Shown here one piece after another: positions 31,332-38,885 of a stretch of 64,000 nucleotides of DNA. Numbering within the stretch: position 1 is the stretch's first letter; each line of letters starts with the position of its first letter. Source of the DNA: Thermoplasmata archaeon (GTDB lineage Archaea > Thermoplasmatota > Thermoplasmata > Lutacidiplasmatales > UBA184); contig JAJZYB010000007.1 in the NCBI GenBank assembly GCA_021806135.1, positions 217 through 64,216 of the forward strand, written 5' to 3'. The notes under the pieces are model-generated. The model saw only the letters and a program-made list of their open reading frames with translations, had not been told where the DNA came from and did not search any database. The position numbers and the translations under genes were made by a program.

Positions 31332-32153
31332 CTACGCGGGGCACTGCTGGTTGGACGGCGTGAGGTTCGAGGCCTGGGAGCGCCCGGAGACGCCGGTCCC
31401 GCCGGTGAGGCTCGTGAAATGGTCCTTCACGGGGGGGCCGATCATGCTGTAGGCGTAGATGTTCCCTTGCGCGTCGGTCTTGAGCAGGGTCTGGGGGATG
31501 GGGAGGACCGTGGGGCCGGTGAGGATGGCGGCCCCACCCCCGTCCGAGGTCTGGGAGACGAACGGGTCGTAGGTGGACCCGTGGCAGATGCAGTGGATGA
31601 TGGCCCGCCCGTTGTTGAAGTTGCCGCACTTTCCCGCCGGGTAATAGGAGATGAACGGGGGGACACAGCCCAGGTGCTGGCAGATGGCGCTGTAGGAGAC
31701 CACCCCGTTGTTCGGTCCGATCCCGTTCGGGGCGGGGGACCCCAGGTAGAGCAGGAAGTTCGGCTCGTTGGTGAGCGGATAGTTGTAGAGGGTCAGTTCG
31801 TTGGAGTCCGGGTTGATGTGGCTCGCCACGTTGTCCACCGTGACCGCCGACCCGTCGCTGTAGAAGAGCTGGACCGTGGGGTAGCTCGCGAGCCCCTTGA
31901 GCGGGGGCTGGGCGTACTGCAGGGCCCCGGCGACGGCACCCCCGCCGGCCACGGCGGCGAGCCCTCCGATGGCCATGAGCTTCAGGATGTTCCGTTTGGC
32001 CTCGTCGACCTGTCCCTGGGTCTTCGGGTTGTTGAGGTCCGCCGGGGCCACGTGCCGGACCACCCCGGGGGGGGTCCGGTCGAAAAGGGCCAAAAAGTCG
32101 GCGAGCCGCTGGTCGTAGGCCTCCTCGCTGAAGTACGACGGTGCTCCGTTCAT
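31332..32153 (-). CDS. Rieske [2Fe-2S] protein, SoxL/SoxF-like
   Basis: CQHLGC and CICHGS boxes; Tat-like AKRNILK followed by a TM anchor. Confidence 0.95.
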   Translation of the reverse strand: MNGAPSYFSEEAYDQRLADFLALFDRTPPGVVRHVAPADLNNPKTQGQVDEAKRNILKLMAIGGLAAVAGGGAVAGALQYAQPPLKGLASYPTVQLFYSDGSAVTVDNVASHINPDSNELTLYNYPLTNEPNFLLYLGSPAPNGIGPNNGVVSYSAICQHLGCVPPFISYYPAGKCGNFNNGRAIIHCICHGSTYDPFVSQTSDGGGAAILTGPTVLPIPQTLLKTDAQGNIYAYSMIGPPVKDHFTSLTGGTGVSGRSQASNLTPSNQQCPA

Positions 32154-32578
32154 GGTTGCCGTTCCTCCGATTCCCGTTCCCGCTCCTTCCGGAGCCGGAA
32201 TTCGAGCTCCTCCTCCCCCGTCACCGGAACCTCCTCGGCTTCCCCGGGAAGCTCCGCCTGGTCCGCGTCCTTGTAGACGTAGAGGATCACCATGATCCCG
32301 AAGAGGACGAGCACGACGGTGGTCAGGTTCAGCACGAAGAGACAGTTGAAGCTCGTCCCCCCCACGCTCACCGGTGGGAGGGGGCAGGAGATGGTGGTGG
32401 GGAAGCCCGGGGTGGAGGGAGGAGGAGAGCTCCCGTTGAGGGGGGCCACGGCGGAGAGCCTGCCCGCCGGGGAAGGGCCCGTCGCTGATGCGTTCGCGCC
32501 CGGAAAGGAGAGGGCGCCGACCAGCCCCACGATGAGGAGGAGGCCGAGGGAGATGCGTAGAGCCGTGCTGCCTCTCAT
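32150..32578 (-). CDS. Hypothetical membrane protein in the respiratory operon
   Basis: Signal peptide, Pro-rich linker with two Cys, TM helix, acidic tail; 4-bp overlaps on both sides. Confidence 0.75.
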   Translation of the reverse strand: MRGSTALRISLGLLLIVGLVGALSFPGANASATGPSPAGRLSAVAPLNGSSPPPSTPGFPTTISCPLPPVSVGGTSFNCLFVLNLTTVVLVLFGIMVILYVYKDADQAELPGEAEEVPVTGEEELEFRLRKERERESEERQP

Positions 32579-32943
32579 GGTCCGCCCTCCAACGGGTCGT
32601 CGGGGGGGAGAGGCTCGACCCTATGAACTTCACCCACGGACCAGACCCCTGGAGAGGAGACCGACACCACGGACGGGGGCGGGGAACCGAGCGTGGCTCC
32701 CGGGGAGGGCCACGGCTTGGAGGCGGCGTGGCCCTCCCCGGTGGCGGTCGGGGCCGGCGCCGGTGAGCGGGACCCCGGGTCGGTGGCGTCCCGGAGCTCC
32801 CGGAGGAACTCGTCCCGCATCCGCATGACCTTGGCATAGAGCCGTCCTGCGGTGCGGAAGAGCTCCCGGTTGTCTCCCCCCAGGAGGAGGAGGCCGCCGG
32901 CGAGGAGGAGGATCGTCCAATCCACGTCCGAGAAGAGGCTCAT
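32575..32943 (-). CDS. TatA/TatB-like protein
   Basis: Short N-terminal TM (WTILLLAGGLLLLGG) plus amphipathic helix (RELFRTAGRLYAKVMRMRDEF); ATGA-coupled to tatC. Confidence 0.7.
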   Translation of the reverse strand: MSLFSDVDWTILLLAGGLLLLGGDNRELFRTAGRLYAKVMRMRDEFLRELRDATDPGSRSPAPAPTATGEGHAASKPWPSPGATLGSPPPSVVSVSSPGVWSVGEVHRVEPLPPDDPLEGGP

Positions 32944-33767
32944 GCGGTCCCTCCAGGGAGGCCGCCGCGGCGGGGGGCGGTGGAGTGGCGCTCGTGCCGT
33001 TCGGCGGCCACCATGCCTCCCACGTAGAGGCCCATCATCGGGATGGCGATGAGCAGCATGGTGATGCCGGAGTTGTCCGGGGTGATGAGCATCCCGAAGA
33101 TGAGGCAACCGAGGATGGCACCCCGCCAGTGCTTCCGCCAGAAGTCCGCCGGCACCAACCGGAGCCGGCTCAGGGTGTAGATGAAGACCGGCAGTTCGAA
33201 GACCACGCCGAAGGCCACGGTGTAGAGGAGCGCGAAGGCGAGGAAGCTCCCCACGCTCAGGACCGGGGCGAGGTTGAGGGCACCCACGTAGCGGAAGAGC
33301 AGCAGGAAGGTGAAGGGGGTGAGCCAGAAGAGGGCCAGGAAGAAGCCCACGGCGAAGAGGAGCGTGGCGGGGAGGGCCACGCTGCGGATGAGCGCCCGCT
33401 CGTTGGTCCGGAGGGCGGGGACCAGGAAGGCCCCCACCTCGTGGGCGATCCAGGGGGTGCTGAGGACGAGGGAGAGGAGCAGTCCGATCTCCATCTGGGC
33501 GACGACGGAGTCTCCCACCCCGATGTTGAGGAGGGTGACGCCCGGCGGGAGCATGTCGTGGGTGAACCAGAGGAACACCTGGGCCGTGATGTTGTAGAAC
33601 GGGCTGGGGATGGGCAGCACGAGCGGGAAAGGGAGCCCGGCGACCGGGAAGGCCTGGAGCTTGAAGAAGAGCAGGAAGCCGAAGAGCGGGACCACCACCC
33701 AGAGGATGCGGACGACCCGTCGCCGGAGCTCGTCCAGCACGCTGAAGAACTGGTGGAGCTCGCTCAT
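32940..33767 (-). CDS. tatC: Twin-arginine translocase subunit TatC
   Basis: DELRRR, FLVPAL..NE, FELPV, WR.AI, ITPD. Confidence 0.96.
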   Translation of the reverse strand: MSELHQFFSVLDELRRRVVRILWVVVPLFGFLLFFKLQAFPVAGLPFPLVLPIPSPFYNITAQVFLWFTHDMLPPGVTLLNIGVGDSVVAQMEIGLLLSLVLSTPWIAHEVGAFLVPALRTNERALIRSVALPATLLFAVGFFLALFWLTPFTFLLLFRYVGALNLAPVLSVGSFLAFALLYTVAFGVVFELPVFIYTLSRLRLVPADFWRKHWRGAILGCLIFGMLITPDNSGITMLLIAIPMMGLYVGGMVAAERHERHSTAPRRGGLPGGTA

Positions 33768-33772
33768 GCCCT

Positions 33773-34381
33773 CTATCGGGAGCCCGGCGGCTGGAGGGCG
33801 ACGCGTTCGGGGCCTTCCTGCCGGTTAAGGAAGAAGGTGACCAGGGGCTTCTCGGCCGGGCCCTCGAGGACCCGGCCATCGCGTCCCGCGAACCGGCTGC
33901 CGCACCGGGGGCAGGACCAGCGGTCCTCCCGGGGCTCGTAGAGGAGGGTGCCGGCGTCCCGAGGGCACAGGGTGCTGGCGCATCGGAGACGGTCGGTGGG
34001 GGTGAGGAGGGCCTGCCCCGGGGAGAGTCCGGGGCCCGGGGCAAAGAGCCCGGCGCCCTGCTGGCTCCCCATCCAGTGGAAGGGCAGGGGGCCTTCCCTC
34101 AGCTGGCGGCGGAACTCGAAGAGGCTCAGGTACCGTCCCCCCTGGACCAGGCGCCACTCGGGGTCCAGGAGAGGGCGGGCATCCGAGCCGGGAGAAGGAG
34201 GGGCGAAGGCGGGTCCCGGGGCAGGGGAGGGGGGAGCAGTCGGCTCCAGAAGCTGACGGACGGGGCGGGGGAGCCCCAGGGTGCCTGCGGCGAGCGCCGC
34301 TCCGGCGAGCAGCCCGAGGTCGGGTCGGGTCAGGGGGCTTGGGGGGTCTACCGGCGTTCTCCGTTCAGGGCGTCCGCTCAT
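33773..34381 (-). CDS. Degenerate Rieske-fold protein
   Basis: CPRDAG...WSCPRCGSRF..RDGRVLEGPAEKPL aligns to Rieske boxes I and II, but both His ligands are absent. Confidence 0.7.
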   Translation of the reverse strand: MSGRPERRTPVDPPSPLTRPDLGLLAGAALAAGTLGLPRPVRQLLEPTAPPSPAPGPAFAPPSPGSDARPLLDPEWRLVQGGRYLSLFEFRRQLREGPLPFHWMGSQQGAGLFAPGPGLSPGQALLTPTDRLRCASTLCPRDAGTLLYEPREDRWSCPRCGSRFAGRDGRVLEGPAEKPLVTFFLNRQEGPERVALQPPGSR

Positions 34382-34407
34382 CGGTCCGTTCGCTCAGGCC
34401 CGGGCGT

Positions 34408-34611
34408 TCAGCGCAGTTGGGCCTGGTCCCGGGCCACGCGGGCGTTGCTCTGGGACTGGGCGAGCTCGAGCTCGGACTCCGTCTTCCCCTTCTTGAACTC
34501 CCCCACGGCCCGGCCGAGGCTGTGGGCGAGCTGGGGGATCTTGGCGGAGCCCCAGAAGAGGATGGCGAAGACCACGGCGATGATGATCCAGTCGTCGATG
34601 CTGTCGAACAT
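34408..34611 (-). CDS. tatA: Twin-arginine translocase subunit TatA
   Basis: ILFWGSAKIPQLAHSLGRAVGEFKKG. Confidence 0.95.
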   Translation of the reverse strand: MFDSIDDWIIIAVVFAILFWGSAKIPQLAHSLGRAVGEFKKGKTESELELAQSQSNARVARDQAQLR

Positions 34612-34652
34612 GGGGGGACCTGCAGGGGCACCGTGACCACGTGCCTTATGGC

Positions 34653-34692
34653 GTTCGTACCGGAGGTACGAATCAGTATAGACTGTTCGTAC
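34653..34692. promoter_or_regulatory. Three GTTCGTAC half-sites upstream of tatA
   Basis: GTTCGTAC at 34653, GTACGAA(T) at 34666 and GTTCGTAC at 34685, forming overlapping inverted repeats. Confidence 0.6.
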
Positions 34693-34712
34693 TCGCTGAC
34701 GGTGATCCGGGG

Positions 34713-35765
34713 TCAGGGGGAAGGGGCCGCCCGCCCCTCCCGGGCGTCGCCGGTGACGGCCCGGTCCATCGCCACCTCCACCAGGCCCTCGAGCTTCTTG
34801 CCCCCCTGGCGGAGGGCCGCGTTGAAGGAGGGGAGGGATTGCCCGGAGACCCGGCGGGAACGCTCGGGCCTTGCCGATTCGAGCTTGCGTTGGAGGTTCT
34901 TGACCTGGTCCCGGGCCGCACAGGCGTGGGCCAGGGAAGGGTGGACCAGCGCGTCCACCACCATCTCCAGCGCGGCCTTGTAGCTTTCCAGGGTCTCGGC
35001 CCGCGCCGGGTTCACCGTCCTCCGGCCCCGGGAAAGCGTGGGGAGGAGCTCCACCAGGATCCGGCCGCTCTCCCCCAGGGACTGGACCACCACCCGCCAG
35101 GAGAGCAGGTGCCGGGGGTCCGGGCTGCCGATCTCCCGGGCCAGCGACCAGTCTCGGCTCGCCAACTGGAGCTGCCGGACGAGGAGGGCATGGACCTTTC
35201 CGAGCTCTTCGGCGAGGGCGGGGGCGCGTTTGGAGCGGGAAGGCCCGTCCCGACGGATCAGTCCTTGGGCCTCCTCCACCAGGGCGCTCAGGATCATCCG
35301 CATCCGTTGGATCATCTGGGGGAGGGCGTACTTGGAGGGGTCCAGGAAGCTCTGGATCACCAGGCGGTTCGGTTCGTGGGCCACCACGCTGACCCCCAGG
35401 AGCCGGCGGGCGGCCGCCTGCACCTCCTCGACGGCCTCCAGGTTCAGGGGCACGTCGGAGAGGATCTCGATGGAGTCGTGGCCGGCCCGGTAGGCCCCCG
35501 CCACCAGGAGCTCCAGCTCGCCGGGGGACTCGAAGAGGCTGGCCTCCACCTGGAAGGGGGCCAGGGGCTTTCCCCCCGACTTTCCCTGGGCCGGACGCAG
35601 GTAGAGCGTGCCGTCGTCGTTCTGGTCGAAGACCACCATGTCTCCGGGCCGGAGGTGGAGGGCCTGGGCCCAGGGCTTAGGGAGGGTCACCGCGATGGAG
35701 GAATGACCAGCCTTGAGGACGCGTCGCTCCCTGGATGGTCCTCCCCACGGCACGGTCTCTCCCAC
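34713..35765 (-). CDS. AbrB-domain / PhoU-family regulator (second paralog)
   Basis: RRVLKAGHSSIAVTLPKPW, YRAGHDSIEI, FLDPSKY, LLVRQL. Confidence 0.82.
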   Translation of the reverse strand: MGETVPWGGPSRERRVLKAGHSSIAVTLPKPWAQALHLRPGDMVVFDQNDDGTLYLRPAQGKSGGKPLAPFQVEASLFESPGELELLVAGAYRAGHDSIEILSDVPLNLEAVEEVQAAARRLLGVSVVAHEPNRLVIQSFLDPSKYALPQMIQRMRMILSALVEEAQGLIRRDGPSRSKRAPALAEELGKVHALLVRQLQLASRDWSLAREIGSPDPRHLLSWRVVVQSLGESGRILVELLPTLSRGRRTVNPARAETLESYKAALEMVVDALVHPSLAHACAARDQVKNLQRKLESARPERSRRVSGQSLPSFNAALRQGGKKLEGLVEVAMDRAVTGDAREGRAAPSP

Positions 35766-35909
35766 GGAAGACGGCTCCCGTGCCGGACGCTGACCCCGGC
35801 GGGGTAATAAAGGCCTCTACGCGCAGCGCCCCTGGGGTCTTTCGCGAATTTACTAACGGTGCGGGAGCAGGGATCCGGGATATCCGGCCCTGCTGTTCGG
35901 CCGTCGTGA

Positions 35910-35927
35910 GTTCGTATGTGTACGAAC
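35910..35927. promoter_or_regulatory. Inverted repeat GTTCGTA-tgtg-TACGAAC
   Basis: Perfect 7-bp arms, located between the cupredoxin stop and the phoU-like start. Confidence 0.55.
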
Positions 35928-35950
35928 CGTTCCGTCGCTTGCTGGGAAGT

Positions 35951-36691
35951 TCACGGGGCGCCCGGCTTGGCCGGGGGGGCCGGCTCCTCCTCGTCGTCCG
36001 GCTCGTCCCGGCCCTCCGTGAGGTCCAACGGATACGGACGCGAGTCGTTGTAGTATTCCACCCGGCTCGTCAGCGGGGTGCCTTCCGCGGGAACCACGCC
36101 CTCCTCCGGGTGCCCCCGCTTCCCGTAGACCACGCCGAGGACCAGCGAAAGGAAGGCGAGGACCACCACCGCGATCACCACATACCAGAAGGCGGCGAAG
36201 GACGGGGCCGCCGCCGGGGCGATGCTCTCGTCCACGTAGACGAACCCTTCCATCCCCAGTGGATAGTGGGGCCGGCAGATGAACTGGTAGGCGCCGGGAG
36301 CCCCGAAGGTGACGTTCACGTAGATCACCTGGGACGCGTTCACCGTCCGGTCGGCGTACACGTCCGCCGGGGAGAAGAAGCTCGGCCAGTTGGAGTTGGT
36401 CGACGGAGGCGCGGTCTTGTTCACCTGGTTGGAAAGGGTGAACGTGTGGAGGTAGGTGCCTCCGACGTTGGAGATGATGAACTCCACCGCCTTGCTCGTC
36501 ACCTGGACGTCGGCCGGGACGAAGGTGAAGGAGTTCGTCGTGCTGATGTTCACCACCGTGACGCCGTTATGGGCCGGGGGATGCACCAGGGTCCCGTTCG
36601 GGCCCGTGGGGCCCGCCTGGGCGGCCCAGCCGAGGCCCGAGAGGACCACGGCCACCGCGAAGAGCACCGCCGCCAAGCGTAACGCACCCAT
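35951..36691 (-). CDS. Membrane-anchored blue-copper protein (cupredoxin)
   Basis: Signal peptide, LHTFT, FICRPHYPLGM (C-x2-H-x4-M), C-terminal TM anchor. Confidence 0.9.
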   Translation of the reverse strand: MGALRLAAVLFAVAVVLSGLGWAAQAGPTGPNGTLVHPPAHNGVTVVNISTTNSFTFVPADVQVTSKAVEFIISNVGGTYLHTFTLSNQVNKTAPPSTNSNWPSFFSPADVYADRTVNASQVIYVNVTFGAPGAYQFICRPHYPLGMEGFVYVDESIAPAAAPSFAAFWYVVIAVVVLAFLSLVLGVVYGKRGHPEEGVVPAEGTPLTSRVEYYNDSRPYPLDLTEGRDEPDDEEEPAPPAKPGAP

Positions 36692-36735
36692 CGCTTCCGC
36701 ACCCCCGGAGACTTCGACCCGGCTACCTCGCCCTG

Positions 36736-36813
36736 CTTAAGGCCGTTGCGTATGAACCGGGGCCCGGGTCCTCCGGCCTCCCCGGGGGGTGCAGTTCGTA
36801 CGCCGGGATTAAG
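36736..36813. promoter_or_regulatory. Divergent promoter with a GTTCRTAC site upstream of each TTAAG box
   Basis: Minus strand GTTCATAC-8 nt-CTTAAG; plus strand GTTCGTAC-6 nt-ATTAAG. Confidence 0.6.
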
Positions 36814-36853
36814 AACGTATGCCGGGTCCCCCAGGAAGGATGGGGGTCTTCTG

Positions 36854-37081
36854 GTGCATCTGACCGGGGGAGGCGTGTCGGCCTGGGTCCTCTCTGCCCT
36901 CCAGTCCCCGTTCCAGTTGACCTACTGGCTGCTCCTCACCATCTTCTTCATGGCCCTGGCGGTGGGGCTGGTCTTCGTGGGACTCTTGGTCTACGGGCTC
37001 ATCCGTTTCCACGTCCGCGAAGTCCCCGCCCACCTGAAGAACGTGGCCCGGCCTCCCCGGTCGCCCCCGGTGAACCCATGA
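36854..37081 (+). CDS. Small membrane protein equivalent to TM helix I of oxidase subunit II
   Basis: LLTIFFMALAVGLVFVGLLVYGLIRFH resembles COX2 helix I; ATGA overlap with coxII. The start is uncertain (36854 or 36875). Confidence 0.72.
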   Translation: MHLTGGGVSAWVLSALQSPFQLTYWLLLTIFFMALAVGLVFVGLLVYGLIRFHVREVPAHLKNVARPPRSPPVNP

Positions 37082-37641
37082 CGGTCGCCTCCGCCTCACC
37101 CTCCCGGCCGCCCCTCTCCCCCCGGGAGCGGGCCCGTCGGAACAAGCGGATCGAATGGATCTGGACCATCATCCCGGTCATCCTGGTGATGATCGTGGCC
37201 GGGATCTCCACGCCGCTCCTCTTCAACCTCGACACCGGGCCCGCCGCGTTCGGCTCCGACCCCAACATGAACGTCGACGTGACCGGCTACCAGTGGTTCT
37301 GGGAGTTCCACTATACCGACCCCTTCGGCAAGGCGCTCACGAACGGGACAGGGGAGGTCTTCTCCAATGGCACGCTCTGGGTCCCCCAGAACGCCATCGT
37401 CTGGATCAACGTCACCTCGGGGGACGTGGTCCACTCCTTCAACATCCCGCAACTCGGAGTGCGCATCGACGCGATCCCCGGGCGGATCAACCATTACTGG
37501 TTCGCCATCCCCGCCGGGACCGCCGTGGGCACGCAGTTCCTCGCGCAGTGCACGGAATTCTGTGGCGCCGGACATTACGACATGCGCGCGGAGATCATCG
37601 TCACCCCGGCCTCCCCTCTCCTTCACCCCATGTCGATCTGA
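37078..37641 (+). CDS. coxB: Heme-copper oxidase subunit II (helix II plus CuA domain)
   Basis: IEWIWTIIP, GYQWFWEF, DVVHSF, DAIPGR, CTEFCGAGHYDM. Confidence 0.95.
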   Translation: MTVASASPSRPPLSPRERARRNKRIEWIWTIIPVILVMIVAGISTPLLFNLDTGPAAFGSDPNMNVDVTGYQWFWEFHYTDPFGKALTNGTGEVFSNGTLWVPQNAIVWINVTSGDVVHSFNIPQLGVRIDAIPGRINHYWFAIPAGTAVGTQFLAQCTEFCGAGHYDMRAEIIVTPASPLLHPMSI

Positions 37642-37772
37642 TCCCCGCGGGGGATCGGCCGCGGGCGGCAGGGCGTCCACCGTACGGGTCCCGACCGGCC
37701 CACCCGCACCCCCGGGGGGTCCCCGCTCGTGTTCCCGACGGGGGAGGCCGCATCGGGGACGCCCGGCGGCCC

Positions 37773-38870
37773 TCACCCGGCTGGAGCTAGCACCTGCACC
37801 ACCGCCCGGGCGATCTCCAGATCCTCCCGGGCCCGGAGGACGAAGGCACGGACGGGCGCCGTCGCCGATCCGATCTCCCGGTCCGGCGCCCCCGATGGGT
37901 TCCTTCTGGGGTCGAGGGCGATCCCGAGGAACCCCAACCCGTCCGCCGCCCGGGACCGAATGGCCTCGGAGTTCTCCCCGACGCCACCGGTGAACGCGAT
38001 CGCGTCGAGCCCCCCGAGCGCGGCGACCATGCCGGCGATACCGGCGCGCAGCCGGTGAAGGTAGACCCCCACGGCGAGTACAGCGTCGGCGTCGCCGCGT
38101 GCCTCGGCCGCGAGCACCTCCCTGAGGTCCGCGGTGCCGGCCAGGCCCAAGACCCCCGAGCGGTGCTCCAGGGCCGCCGCGAGCTCGGAGGGCGGCATCC
38201 CCATATGCTCCTCCAGCCAGAGGATCAGCCCGGGATCGACGGTCCCGGAGCGGGTTCCCATCACCAGTCCCTCCAGGGGCGTGAAACCCATGGTGGTGTC
38301 CACGGAGACCCCCTGCCGTACCGCGGCGAGCGACGCCCCGGACCCCAGGTGGCAGGTCACGATGCGCAGCGCACGGGGGTCCCGCTCCATGAGTTCGGAG
38401 ACCCGCCGGGAGGCGTAGGCGTGGGAGAGCCCATGGAAGCCGAAGCGCCGAAGGACCCAACGCTGTCGCCACTCCCGGGGCAACGCGTAGGTGGCGGCGG
38501 CCATGGGCAGGTGCGCGTGAAAGGCCGTGTCGAAAGCGGCCACGGACGGGACCCCTTCGAGCAGCCCGGTCACCAGGTCCAGGGCATGGAGGGACTTGGG
38601 CTGATGCAACGGGGCCAGGTCCGTGAGGGCCTCGAGGCGCCGGCGAACCTCGGCGTCCACCCGGACGGGTCCCAGGAACTCCGTCCCCCCGTGCACGATC
38701 CGGTGCCCCACGGCGTCGAGGGGCCCCTGGGCGGTGATGAACTGGCGGACGGCGTCCTCGTCGATCCGCCCCCCGGGGACGGGGGAGGTCAGCTCGGAGA
38801 GGAGCCGTCCGTCCTCCAGCACCGAGAGCTTGAGGCTGCTGGAACCGGCGTTGACCACGAGGATCCGCAT
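37773..38870 (-). CDS. ackA: Acetate kinase
   Basis: VNAGSSSLK, GHRIVHGG, FDTAFH, GFHGLSH, TTMGFTPLEG, FTGGVGEN. Confidence 0.96.
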   Translation of the reverse strand: MRILVVNAGSSSLKLSVLEDGRLLSELTSPVPGGRIDEDAVRQFITAQGPLDAVGHRIVHGGTEFLGPVRVDAEVRRRLEALTDLAPLHQPKSLHALDLVTGLLEGVPSVAAFDTAFHAHLPMAAATYALPREWRQRWVLRRFGFHGLSHAYASRRVSELMERDPRALRIVTCHLGSGASLAAVRQGVSVDTTMGFTPLEGLVMGTRSGTVDPGLILWLEEHMGMPPSELAAALEHRSGVLGLAGTADLREVLAAEARGDADAVLAVGVYLHRLRAGIAGMVAALGGLDAIAFTGGVGENSEAIRSRAADGLGFLGIALDPRRNPSGAPDREIGSATAPVRAFVLRAREDLEIARAVVQVLAPAG

Positions 38871-38885
38871 GGTCCGTCCGCCCGG

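Noticed and set aside
31587-31601. HCICH in the Rieske protein as a heme c attachment site
   Set aside because: It is CxCH (Rieske box II), not CxxCH.
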